The notes below the pieces were generated by a model, which saw nothing but the letters and a program-made list of their open reading frames with translations, did no database searches and was not told the DNA's origin. The position numbers and the translations under genes were made by a program. A DNA stretch of 31,867 nt from Deltaproteobacteria bacterium (GTDB taxonomy: Bacteria > Myxococcota_A > UBA9160 > SMWR01): positions 1-31,867 of the forward strand of contig JAQBHB010000044.1 in the NCBI GenBank assembly GCA_032128115.1, in the 5' to 3' direction. Below are positions 17,538 through 26,430 of this stretch, in pieces (the first letter of the stretch is position 1; every line of letters begins with the position of its first letter).

Positions 17538-17577
17538 CCTTCCTACCCTGAGCGTGACCTTCCTACCCTGAGCGTGA
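17538..17577. repeat. Perfect 20-bp intergenic tandem duplication
   Basis: ccttcctaccctgagcgtga repeated exactly twice between the ALDH stop and the USP start. Confidence 0.95.
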
Positions 17578-17614
17578 GGCTGGGCGGTCAAAGTTGCTTG
17601 AAGCGGAGAATGGG

Positions 17615-18436
17615 ATGATCTCGACGATCCTGGTGGCGACGGATGGTTCCGAGGCGGCAGGTGTCGCCGAGAAGTACGGGGTGGACCTGGCCTCGCGTCT
17701 GCGGGCGCGCATCGTGGGGCTGTCGGTGGCCGAAGATCGCTTCGTCCGCGGCATGCAGGACGACGGGCTCGGCCTGGAGCCGCCGTCCCTGGATGCCCTG
17801 GCCGCCTATCTGAAGAGCCGGGCGGATGCTTCGTGCCGGCGCCTGTCGGATCGGGCGCGGAGTGCCGGGGTGGAGAGTTCGTGTGAGCCCGCCCAGGGCA
17901 TTGCCGACGATCGCATCGTGGCCCGGGGTCAGCAGGCCGACCTGCTGGTTCTGGCTCGGGGGGGGCAGCATGCCAGGTTCCGGACCGGCCTGATCGGCTC
18001 CACCGTGAACGGCGTGATCCGCAAGACCACAAGGCCGGCACTGATCGTTCCCAACGGGGCCCAGCTCGCGGGGCCCATCGTGCTGGCCTTCGACAGCTCG
18101 CCGGGCTCTCGAGTGGGCGCGAACCTGGCCGTGCAGCTGGCTACGCGCCTGGGCGAGCCGATCCACGTGTTCGTCGATTCCAAGGACAAGGGCCGCGCGG
18201 CAGCCCGCTTCGACGAGGTGCGCGGCCTCGTAGGCAGCCTGCCCGTACCGGTGCGAGAGATCTCTTCCACCCTGGGACGCCCTGACGTGAAGATCGTGGA
18301 CGCGGCCCGCGAGGTGCGTGCGGGATTGATCGTGATGGGCGCCTACGGGCGCAATCGCATCACCGAGTACTTCCTGGGCAGCAACTCGGCGTCGGTGGTG
18401 CGCACGTCTCCGATCGCCGTCCTCGTGGCGCGCTGA
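17615..18436 (+). CDS. Universal stress protein (tandem USP domains)
   Basis: MISTILVATDGSE, ADLLVLARGG...LIGST, IVLAFDSS and LIVMGAYG......FLGSNS; GGAG RBS before ATG 17615. Confidence 0.92.
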   Translation: MISTILVATDGSEAAGVAEKYGVDLASRLRARIVGLSVAEDRFVRGMQDDGLGLEPPSLDALAAYLKSRADASCRRLSDRARSAGVESSCEPAQGIADDRIVARGQQADLLVLARGGQHARFRTGLIGSTVNGVIRKTTRPALIVPNGAQLAGPIVLAFDSSPGSRVGANLAVQLATRLGEPIHVFVDSKDKGRAAARFDEVRGLVGSLPVPVREISSTLGRPDVKIVDAAREVRAGLIVMGAYGRNRITEYFLGSNSASVVRTSPIAVLVAR

Positions 18437-18468
18437 CGCGGAGCGGACGGCCGCGAGCGTTTCCTTCC

Positions 18469-19263
18469 ATGGACGTCTCGCAGTACCCGCTGACGGAGCT
18501 TCGCAGGCGCCTCGATTCCGCGGCCGACAACCAGGCGACCTGGCTTCGCCTGGTGGCCGCACTGCGCGCCGACAGCCGACGCGGCGCCCGCGCCATGGCG
18601 GCGAGCGCCGTGCACCGCGCGCTCGCCCGCCGTGCCGAGGAGCGCCGGGTGGACCGGATGTTCTCCCGCCGCCGGCAGCTGTTCCGGGAGGGGGTGCGTC
18701 TGGTGGCGGGTGTGGACGAGGTGGGGGTCGGTCCGTTGGCCGGTCCGGTGGTGGCCGCCGCCGTCGTGCTCCCGGAGACGGTGGACCTGCCAGGGCTCGA
18801 CGATTCCAAGCGCCTGACCCCAGAAGCGCGCGAGCGGCTGGCGACCTTCATCCATCAACAGGCCGTGGCCGTGGCCGTGGCCCAGGTGTCGCGCGAGGAG
18901 ATCGACCGCATGAACATCCTGCGCGCCACTCTGGAGGCCATGCGCCGCGCGGTGCTGGCCCTCGACGTGGCTCCGGATCACGTGCTGGTGGACGCCCGAC
19001 GCATTCCCGGGATCGAAATGCCCCAGACACCGGTGATCGGTGGCGATCGCGAGGACGGATCGATCGCAGCGGCTTCCATCGTGGCCAAGGTGTATCGCGA
19101 CGCCATCATGCGACGTCTTCACCGACGCTATCCAGGCTACGGTTTCGAACGCCACAAGGGCTATGGCACGCGCGAGCACCTGGCGGCCTTGCGAAGCCTG
19201 GGTCCCACGCCCGCCCACCGTCGCTCGTTTTCCCCCGTGTCCCAGCTCGCGCTCCGGGACTGA
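18469..19263 (+). CDS. rnhB: Ribonuclease HII with N-terminal extension
   Basis: Motifs AGVDEVG.GPLAGPVVAAAV, LDDSKRL, EIDRMNI, SIAAASIVAKVYRD, HKGYGT and HRRSF. Confidence 0.93.
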   Translation: MDVSQYPLTELRRRLDSAADNQATWLRLVAALRADSRRGARAMAASAVHRALARRAEERRVDRMFSRRRQLFREGVRLVAGVDEVGVGPLAGPVVAAAVVLPETVDLPGLDDSKRLTPEARERLATFIHQQAVAVAVAQVSREEIDRMNILRATLEAMRRAVLALDVAPDHVLVDARRIPGIEMPQTPVIGGDREDGSIAAASIVAKVYRDAIMRRLHRRYPGYGFERHKGYGTREHLAALRSLGPTPAHRRSFSPVSQLALRD

Positions 19264-19265
19264 GC

Positions 19266-20264
19266 ATGGCATTCGCGCCCGAAGATTTCCGGGTGGACGA
19301 GCTCCCTCTGTACGAGCCCGAGGGCGAGGGCGACCACACGTTCGTGCGTGTCGAGAAACGCCTGAGAACCACGGAAGAGGTGGCCCGCGCGCTTGCACGC
19401 GCCGCCGGCGTTCGCCCTCGCGACGTGGGGTACGCGGGCCGCAAGGATCGGGTGGCCGTGACCACCCAGTGGTTCTCGGTGCCGGGCCTCGAGCCATCCA
19501 GCGCCCTGGCTCTGGAGCTTCCCGGTGCGCATGTCCTCGAAGCGGTGCGCCACCGTCACAAGCTCCGGACCGGTCACCTGCGAGGCAATCGCTTCCGGAT
19601 CGTGCTGTCGGATGCCGACCCGGCATACGTCCGCGAGCGGGTCGATGTGTTGGCTCGCGACGGGATGCCCAATCGCTTCGGGGCCCAGCGTTTCGGACGC
19701 GACGGCGACAACGCGGAGCGCGGCTCTCGCTTGCTGCGGGGAGAGTCAGCCGTACGCGACCGTCGGAGCGCGCGCTTCCTGGTTTCGGCCCTGCAGTCGG
19801 CGGTTTTCAACGCCGTATTGGCCGAACGCGAGCCGCCCCTGGGTCGACTCGAGCGGGGCGACGTGGCGATCCTGCACGGCTCGGGAGGTCTGTTTCGCGT
19901 GGACGACCCGGAGGCGGAGCAGGCGCGTGCGGATGCTTTCGAGATCAGTGCCACCGGACCCGTGTTCGGAACGCGTCGCATCGAGCCCTCCGGCGCCGTC
20001 GCGGATCGCGAGCGCGCGATCCTGGCGCGCTGGGACATCGACCTGGAAACCCTGCGTCCTCCTCGCGGCATCCGGCTGCGAGGATCGCGCCGAGCGCTGC
20101 GGATTCGGCCGGAGTCGGTAGAGGTCGAGTCGGCGACACCGGGAGTCGTGATCTGTTTCAGCCTCCCGGCTGGCAGCTACGCGACCGTGTTGGTGGAGGA
20201 GATCCGAAACACGGATCGACCGTCGGACCCGGATGACACCCGCCATCGCGCCGCGGTATCCTGA
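19266..20264 (+). CDS. truD: tRNA pseudouridine(13) synthase
   Basis: Motifs PEDFRVDE, GEGDH, GYAGRKDRVAVTTQ, GNRFRI, PNRFGAQRFG and FSLPAGSYAT. Confidence 0.93.
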   Translation: MAFAPEDFRVDELPLYEPEGEGDHTFVRVEKRLRTTEEVARALARAAGVRPRDVGYAGRKDRVAVTTQWFSVPGLEPSSALALELPGAHVLEAVRHRHKLRTGHLRGNRFRIVLSDADPAYVRERVDVLARDGMPNRFGAQRFGRDGDNAERGSRLLRGESAVRDRRSARFLVSALQSAVFNAVLAEREPPLGRLERGDVAILHGSGGLFRVDDPEAEQARADAFEISATGPVFGTRRIEPSGAVADRERAILARWDIDLETLRPPRGIRLRGSRRALRIRPESVEVESATPGVVICFSLPAGSYATVLVEEIRNTDRPSDPDDTRHRAAVS

Positions 20265-20300
20265 GGCCCCCGCCCCCGGGCCCTCGACGAGGAGTAATCC

Positions 20301-21260
20301 ATGAAGATCGCCAACGACTTGACCGACCTGATCGGCGGCACTCCCCTGGTCCGACTCAACCGGGTGGCCGCCGACGTGAAGCCGCAGATCGTCGCCAAAC
20401 TCGAGAGCCACAACCCGGCCAACAGCGTGAAGGATCGCATCGGTCTCGCCATGATCGAAGCGGCGGAGCGCGAAGGCCTGCTCACGCCCGGCGAGTCGGT
20501 GATCGTGGAGCCCACCAGCGGCAACACGGGAATCGCCCTGGCATTCGTGGCCGCGATCAAGGGATATCGGTGCGTGCTCACCATGCCCGAATCCATGAGC
20601 CCGGAGCGGCGAGCCGTGCTGCGGGCCTTCGGCGCCAAGCTCGTACTGACCGATCCGGCCAAGGGAATGCCCGGCGCCATCGATCGCGCCTACCAACTGG
20701 TCTCCGAGATCCCCAACGGGTTCATGCCCCAGCAGTTCCGGAACCCCGCCAACCCCGAGGTCCACCGCAAGACCACGGCGGAAGAAATCTGGAACGACAC
20801 GGACGGGCAGGTGGACGCGCTGATCGCGGGCGTCGGAACCGGAGGTACCATCACTGGTGTCGCTCAGGCCCTGAAGGCGCGCAAGCCGTCCTTCCAGGCG
20901 GTGGCCGTGGAGCCGGAAGACAGCCCCGTGCTTTCGGGCGGCTCGCCGGGCAAGCACGTGATCCAGGGTATTGGTGCGGGTTTCGTGCCCGAAGTCCTCG
21001 AGTCCGATCTGCTCGACCAGGTGATCAAGGTGGGCAACGAGGAAGCCCTGGAGATGGCGCGGCGTCTGGCCCGGGAAGAGGGGATCCTGTGCGGGATCTC
21101 GTCCGGAGCGGCGGTCTGGGCCGCCCTTGCATACGCGCGCGGCGATGGTGCGAACCTGGGATTGATCGTCGTGATCATCCCCAGCTTCGGCGAACGCTAC
21201 ATCCAGACCCGTCTGTTCGATCCGTACCGCTATGAGGGAAGCGACGACCCCCTGATCTGA
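20301..21260 (+). CDS. cysK: Cysteine synthase A (O-acetylserine sulfhydrylase)
   Basis: Motifs [41 protein letters not shown] and PSFGERY; GAGGAG RBS. Confidence 0.96.
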   Translation: MKIANDLTDLIGGTPLVRLNRVAADVKPQIVAKLESHNPANSVKDRIGLAMIEAAEREGLLTPGESVIVEPTSGNTGIALAFVAAIKGYRCVLTMPESMSPERRAVLRAFGAKLVLTDPAKGMPGAIDRAYQLVSEIPNGFMPQQFRNPANPEVHRKTTAEEIWNDTDGQVDALIAGVGTGGTITGVAQALKARKPSFQAVAVEPEDSPVLSGGSPGKHVIQGIGAGFVPEVLESDLLDQVIKVGNEEALEMARRLAREEGILCGISSGAAVWAALAYARGDGANLGLIVVIIPSFGERYIQTRLFDPYRYEGSDDPLI

Positions 21261-21411
21261 CACCCGCCCACGGGGGGCACGGAAGAGATAAGGCAGGGCG
21301 CCCGTTGGCCGATACGGGATCAAACGGGCACGGCGCCGCCCCCGCCACGGGGCGCCTCCCAGGTGGATGATCTACATTCGCCGCTTCGGATCGGTAGAGG
21401 GGGGGAGGGGT

Positions 21412-21651
21412 ATGGGCGACAACCTGGAAAAGAAGCTTCGTTCGATCGTTGCGGACCGCCTGGGTGTGGAGTTTGGTGACGTGACCCCCGAGGCCAGCAT
21501 CCTCGACGACCTGGGCGCGGACTCTCTCGATGTGGTCGAGCTCGTGATGGAACTCGAAGAGAAGTTCGACATCGAAATTCCCGATGAGGACGTGGAGCGC
21601 ATGCGCACCGTGGGCGACATGGAGCGCTACGTCACCGAGCGGGCCGCCTGA
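21412..21651 (+). CDS. acpP: Acyl carrier protein
   Basis: [29 protein letters not shown] phosphopantetheine motif; GGAGG RBS before ATG 21412. Confidence 0.93.
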   Translation: MGDNLEKKLRSIVADRLGVEFGDVTPEASILDDLGADSLDVVELVMELEEKFDIEIPDEDVERMRTVGDMERYVTERAA

Positions 21652-21669
21652 ATCCGACCCGGATTCCGT

Positions 21670-21969
21670 TCAGGGGTCGGCCCGCGTCCCCGGAAGCAAC
21701 CCGAGACGCGTGCCCAGCGCCGTGGTCGCCAGGGCGGCGATTGCCACGACCCAGATGCGCGGCGCGCGCAGCGCCTCCCGGGAGGCCTGCCGCGCCATCT
21801 CCTGCTGCTGGGGTCCCGGCGGCGCCTTCTCGTACACGTCTCGAAGCGCGGGCGCGGCCACGGCCAGCGAGTACAGGACGAAGATCCCGAACAGGTAGAG
21901 CAGGCTGATCGAGAAGCGCGGCCGGAACGGCTGCGTTCGACGAGTCGGGAGTTCGCGCGGCTCGGTCAT
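21670..21969 (-). CDS. Small hypothetical membrane protein (2 predicted TM helices)
   Basis: 99-aa ORF with two hydrophobic segments, fills the acpP-polA gap, preceded by a canonical promoter. Confidence 0.7.
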   Translation of the reverse strand: MTEPRELPTRRTQPFRPRFSISLLYLFGIFVLYSLAVAAPALRDVYEKAPPGPQQQEMARQASREALRAPRIWVVAIAALATTALGTRLGLLPGTRADP

Positions 21970-21978
21970 CCGAAACGC

Positions 21979-22007
21979 AGGCTACGCAGCGCCAGCCACG
22001 GGGTCAA
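21979..22007 (-). promoter_or_regulatory. Sigma70-type promoter giving a near-leaderless transcript
   Basis: On the - strand: TTGACC (22007-22002), 17-nt spacer, TAGCCT (21984-21979), 9 nt before ATG 21969; no SD. Confidence 0.6.
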
Positions 22008-22049
22008 GCGGGCCCGGGCGCGGTAAGATCGCGGCGAGTCGTATCTGCG

Positions 22050-24740
22050 ATGGCATCGAAACCCCAGGCGTCCCGGGTCGTCCTCATCGACGGCGCGAAT
22101 TCCTTCTATCGGGCCTTCTTTGCCATTCCCAATCTGCGTTCGCCCGACGGCTCGCCGACCAACGCCACCTACGGCTTCGTGAACATGCTGCGCAAGGTGA
22201 TCCGGGAGGAAGATCCGGACCACCTGGCCGTGGTGTTCGACGCGCGAGGCAAGACCTTCCGGCACCGCCTGTTTCCCGAGTACAAGGCGACCCGCGACGC
22301 CCAGCCCGAGGATCTCTCGGCACAGATCCCAGTGCTGCGCGAGGTGCTCGAGGCCTACCGGATTCCGATCCTCGAGATCGAGGACTTCGAGGCGGATGAC
22401 GTGATCGCCACCCTGGTGGCCAGTGCCCCGTCGGACGCCCGGATCGGAATCGTCTCCAGCGACAAGGACCTGATGCAACTGGTGAGCGAACGGGTGAGCC
22501 TGCTGGACGGCATGAAGGATCGCCGCTATGGCCCGAGCGAAGTGGAGGATCGTTTCGGCGTGCCGCCGGAAAAGGTGCTCGACTTGCGAGCCCTGGTGGG
22601 AGACCCGAGCGACAACATCCCGGGCGTCAAGGGCATCGGCGAAAAGGGCGCGGCGAAGCTCATCTCGGAATGGAACGACCTGGAGAACCTGATCGAGCAC
22701 CGGGATGAGATCGAACCGAAGCGCGCCCGCAACGCCCTGGCCGACCAGTGCGAACAGGCGCGACTGTCGAAGCAGCTGGCCACGCTCCGCTCCGATGTTC
22801 CCCTGCCCCTGGATTTCGCAGCACTCGCGCGGCGCGAGCCCGATCTGGATGCCCTGCGCGCCCTGTTCGAGCGTCTCGGATTCACGCGACTGGTGGAGTC
22901 GCTGGCGGTAGAGGGCGCGCCCGCGGCCGCACCCGCGTCGGCCGCACCGGAGACCGCGGTCGCGATCGTCGCGTCCCGGGACGACCTCGACGCGCTTGCG
23001 CGCGACCTCGGGAAGCTTCCGCTGATTCCGCTGGTGGTGGTCACCGAGGGAGACGCGGCCGAGCTCGTGGGTCTGTCGGTATGCGTGGCCCCCGACCGCG
23101 GGGTGTATCTGCCCCTGCAAGCGACCAGTGACGGGGAGCCTCCGGTTCCGGTGGCTGAAGTCGTCGAGATTCTCCGGTCGGTGCTTGGCGAGTCGGCGCC
23201 GGTGGCCTGGATCGGTAGCGCCGTCAAGACGGCGCAGCGCGTGCTGGGGGACCACGGCTGCGAGATGTCGCTTCCCCACTTCGACGTGGAAATTGCGGCG
23301 GCACTTCTCGACCCCGCCGGCGGCCGTACGCTCTCGGCGTTGGCTGCCACGCACCTGGGGGAGCGACTTCCCATCTGGGAGGACCTGGCCGGGTGCGGCG
23401 CCAAGGCGCTACCCGCGGTGGCTTTGCCCCTTGGCGTAGTGGCGAACTGGGCCGCACAACGCGCGTGCGCCGTGCGCGCCCTGCACGAGCCCCTGGCCCG
23501 CCGGTTGGATGAAGACGGTCTCACGGCCCTGTTCGAAGAGGTGGAGCTTCCTCTCACGAGTGTGCTGGCGCGCATGGAGCGGCGGGGCGTTCGCATCGAC
23601 GAGGCGAAGCTCGAAGAGCTTTCCCGCGAGTACCAGGGGGAGCTCGAACGCATCGAAAGCGAGATCTTCCAGCTGGCCGGCGAGGTGTTCCTGGTGTCGT
23701 CGCCCAAACAGCTGCAGCGGATCTTGTTCGAGAAGCTCAAGCTGCCCGTGATGAGGAAGACCAAGACCGGGTACTCCACCGATGAGGATGTGCTCGAGCA
23801 GCTCTCGCTGCAGCACGATCTCCCCCTGCTGATCCTGGCCTACCGCCGGCTGGCGAAGCTGAAGAACACCTACGTGGACGCATTGCCGCGGCTGGTGGAT
23901 GAGCGCAGCGGGCGCGTGCACCCCACCTTCAACCAGATGGGCGCCGCAACCGGACGATTGTCCGCGAACAATCCCAACGTCCAGAATATTCCGATCCGCA
24001 CGCCCGAGGGCATTCGCATTCGCGAGGCGTTCGTGCCGGCCGAGGGACACGTGCTGCTCTCCGCTGACTACTCGCAGGTGGAACTCCGCATCCTGGCCCA
24101 CTATTCCGAAGACGAGACCCTGATCCATGCCTTCCAGGACGGAGAGGACGTCCATCGGCGCACCGCCGCGAGCGTTGCGGGGATCGAGCCCGAGGAGGTG
24201 ACGCCGCAGCAACGCGACCGAGCCAAGGCCGTGAACTTCGGGATCATCTACGGCTCGTCGGCCTTCGGGCTGGCTCGCCAGCTGGGCATCGCCAGCGCCG
24301 AGGCGCAGGAGACCATCGACGCCTACTTCGAGCGCTACCGCGGCGTGCGCCGCTTCCTGGACACCACCGTGGAGGAGGCGCGCGAGCGCGGCTTCGTGCG
24401 CACGCTGCTGGGGCGCCGGCGTTACCTGCCGGACCTGTCGTCCCGCAATCGGGTCCTTCGCAACGCCGCCGAGCGCATGGCCGTCAACACCGTGATCCAG
24501 GGTACGGCCGCCGACCTGATCAAGAAGGCGATGGTCGGGCTCGACGCCGCGCTGAGGGCCGAGGGCCATCCGGCCCACATGATCCTGCAGGTGCACGACG
24601 AGCTGGTGTTCGAGGTGCCGGCGCCCCAGGTGGCCTCCCTGGACGGAATCGTTCGCATGCACATGGAGGGCGTCGCGCCCCTGCGGGTCCCCCTGGTGGT
24701 GGAGGTGGGGGTGGGGAAGAACTGGCGAGAGGCCCATTGA
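22050..24740 (+). CDS. polA: DNA polymerase I (3'-5' exonuclease domain apparently degenerate)
   Basis: 5'-nuclease motifs LIDG..YRAFF, EADD, SSDKD and GDPSDNIPGVKGIGEK; polymerase motifs TGRLS..NPNVQNIP, ADYSQVELR, AKAVNFGIIYG and LQVHDEL. Confidence 0.97.
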   Translation: MASKPQASRVVLIDGANSFYRAFFAIPNLRSPDGSPTNATYGFVNMLRKVIREEDPDHLAVVFDARGKTFRHRLFPEYKATRDAQPEDLSAQIPVLREVLEAYRIPILEIEDFEADDVIATLVASAPSDARIGIVSSDKDLMQLVSERVSLLDGMKDRRYGPSEVEDRFGVPPEKVLDLRALVGDPSDNIPGVKGIGEKGAAKLISEWNDLENLIEHRDEIEPKRARNALADQCEQARLSKQLATLRSDVPLPLDFAALARREPDLDALRALFERLGFTRLVESLAVEGAPAAAPASAAPETAVAIVASRDDLDALARDLGKLPLIPLVVVTEGDAAELVGLSVCVAPDRGVYLPLQATSDGEPPVPVAEVVEILRSVLGESAPVAWIGSAVKTAQRVLGDHGCEMSLPHFDVEIAAALLDPAGGRTLSALAATHLGERLPIWEDLAGCGAKALPAVALPLGVVANWAAQRACAVRALHEPLARRLDEDGLTALFEEVELPLTSVLARMERRGVRIDEAKLEELSREYQGELERIESEIFQLAGEVFLVSSPKQLQRILFEKLKLPVMRKTKTGYSTDEDVLEQLSLQHDLPLLILAYRRLAKLKNTYVDALPRLVDERSGRVHPTFNQMGAATGRLSANNPNVQNIPIRTPEGIRIREAFVPAEGHVLLSADYSQVELRILAHYSEDETLIHAFQDGEDVHRRTAASVAGIEPEEVTPQQRDRAKAVNFGIIYGSSAFGLARQLGIASAEAQETIDAYFERYRGVRRFLDTTVEEARERGFVRTLLGRRRYLPDLSSRNRVLRNAAERMAVNTVIQGTAADLIKKAMVGLDAALRAEGHPAHMILQVHDELVFEVPAPQVASLDGIVRMHMEGVAPLRVPLVVEVGVGKNWREAH

Positions 24741-24835
24741 GCGGTCTCGACCGCTCGTCCGGCGAGCTTCGAATAGTCGCGGGTGCTCCCGCGTCGAAGC
24801 CGATGGATGGATCGAACCCCGGAGGTCGGAACCCC

Positions 24836-25477
24836 ATGGGCGGCGTGGCTTCGGCGGCGGAGCCCACGGGGCCGCCGGAATCCGAGATCGTCGCGCGCGC
24901 CAGAAGCGGCGACCACGACGCCTTCCGCACGCTGGTCGAGCGGTACCAGGGTCGCGCGTATCGCCTGGCCCTGAGGGTGTTGGCAGACGAGGAGCAGGCG
25001 CGTGACGTGGTGCAGGAAGCGTTTCTCAAGGCCTATGCGGCGCTCGACCGCTTCGAGGGCCGCTCCAGCTTCTACACCTGGTTGTATCGGCTCGTCTTCA
25101 ACCTCTGCATCGATGCGAAACGCCGGGATCGCTCGGCGAACCAGGTGGAGTGGTCGGAGGAGCAGAGCCTGGAGGTGGCGCCTGGCGCCGCCGCGAGCGC
25201 GCCCGAGAACTCCGGGCCGGCGGGGGAGCTCGAGCGCAAGCAGCTGCGCGATTTGATGGTGCGTGCGATCGAGGCCCTCCCGGATGATGCGCGTCGTACC
25301 TTCGTACTGCGCGAGGTGGACGGGCTCAGCTACGCGGAGATCGCGCAATCCCTCTGCATACCCAAGGGTACGGTCATGAGCAGGCTGCACTACGCGCGCC
25401 GGCGCATGCGAGCGGTGCTCGAAGATGCCGGGGTGGAGATGTCGCCGGTTCCCGGAGCCGCAAAAGGGGAAGCATGA
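24836..25477 (+). CDS. ECF sigma factor (sigma24/RpoE-like)
   Basis: GDHDAFRTLVERYQ, DVVQEAFLKAY, FEGRSSFYTWLYR and LREVDGLSYAEIA...PKGTVMSRLHYAR; GGAGG RBS. Start could instead be ATG 24803. Confidence 0.93.
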   Translation: MGGVASAAEPTGPPESEIVARARSGDHDAFRTLVERYQGRAYRLALRVLADEEQARDVVQEAFLKAYAALDRFEGRSSFYTWLYRLVFNLCIDAKRRDRSANQVEWSEEQSLEVAPGAAASAPENSGPAGELERKQLRDLMVRAIEALPDDARRTFVLREVDGLSYAEIAQSLCIPKGTVMSRLHYARRRMRAVLEDAGVEMSPVPGAAKGEA

Positions 25478-25992
25478 CGCTTACGCGACCGGACACGACG
25501 GAACCGCCGATCGGGATACGCGACGAGCGCAGGCTCCATGCCTATCACGACGGCGAGCTGCGCGGGCTCGCCCTCTGGCGTTTCGAGCGTCGCCTGGCCC
25601 GGTCTCCCGAGCTTCGCGATGAGCTGCAGGCGCTGAGGCGGCTCGGGGTGCTGGCGCGGGAGGTTGCGCCCGACGCCGAGACGCCGGACCTGTGGCAGGA
25701 CATCGCCAGGCGATTGCCGGCCCTCGACGCCCGCCGCATCGAGGAGGAGCTGCGAAGCCGGGAGCCGGCCGGGGCCCGCCTGTGGCGCCCCCTGGGCGCG
25801 CTGGTGGCGGCGGCAGCGACCGCCGCGCTGGTCTTCGCACTCTGGTCCAGCGACAATGCCCACGCCGGCGTGGTGCGATGGCTGGACAGCGGCGGCCGCA
25901 ATGTGGTCGTGCTGGAAGACGACGCGGACGTCACCATCATCTGGGTGTTCGGGGACTCGGCCGGCGGGCCGGGCCGGGGAGGTGGCGCGTGA
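25474..25992 (+). CDS. Membrane-anchored anti-sigma factor (ASD fold, no zinc ligands)
   Basis: LHAYHDGEL...FERRLARSPELRDEL, a DLWQDI motif and one TM helix; ATGA overlap with the sigma gene. Confidence 0.85.
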   Translation: MTLTRPDTTEPPIGIRDERRLHAYHDGELRGLALWRFERRLARSPELRDELQALRRLGVLAREVAPDAETPDLWQDIARRLPALDARRIEEELRSREPAGARLWRPLGALVAAAATAALVFALWSSDNAHAGVVRWLDSGGRNVVVLEDDADVTIIWVFGDSAGGPGRGGGA

Positions 25993-26423
25993 GCGGGCTT
26001 CGATGGGTGATGGCGGGGATGGCCTGTCTGGCGTTGCTGGCGCCTGCGGCGGCAGAGCCCTCCCAGAAGGTGCGGATGGAGGTCATGGTGAGCCACATCT
26101 CCAACGAGCCCGGCGAGGTGGACCCCCGGGCCGACGAGATCGACCGCAAGCTGCGCGACCAGTTCCGCTACGAGAGTCTGACGGTGATCCAGACGAAGAC
26201 CCTGACGCTCGGTCTGGACGAGGTGGGAAGCGTCCGCCTGCCCAACGGCCGCAGGCTGCAGGTGCGGCCGCTCCAGATCGACGACCGGGGGGTCCTGACC
26301 GCCGTGAGCCTGGAGGGCAGCGTCGACGCCGATCTCCGCATCCGCAACGGCCATCTGGTGGTGATCGGGGCCGAGAGCTACCGGGGCGGCAAGCTCGTGG
26401 TCAGCCTGGAGCCGCACTTCTGA
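25989..26423 (+). CDS. Secreted hypothetical protein, third gene of the ECF operon (144 aa)
   Basis: GTG at 25989 overlaps the anti-sigma stop; signal peptide ending in PAAA; beta-rich mature domain. Confidence 0.8.
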   Translation: MSGLRWVMAGMACLALLAPAAAEPSQKVRMEVMVSHISNEPGEVDPRADEIDRKLRDQFRYESLTVIQTKTLTLGLDEVGSVRLPNGRRLQVRPLQIDDRGVLTAVSLEGSVDADLRIRNGHLVVIGAESYRGGKLVVSLEPHF

Positions 26424-26430
26424 GGCCGAT

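Noticed and set aside
17538..17577. 20-bp direct repeat as a target-site duplication or att site of a mobile element
   Set aside because: The copies are adjacent with nothing inserted, and there is no transposase or integrase in the window; an excision scar cannot be fully excluded.
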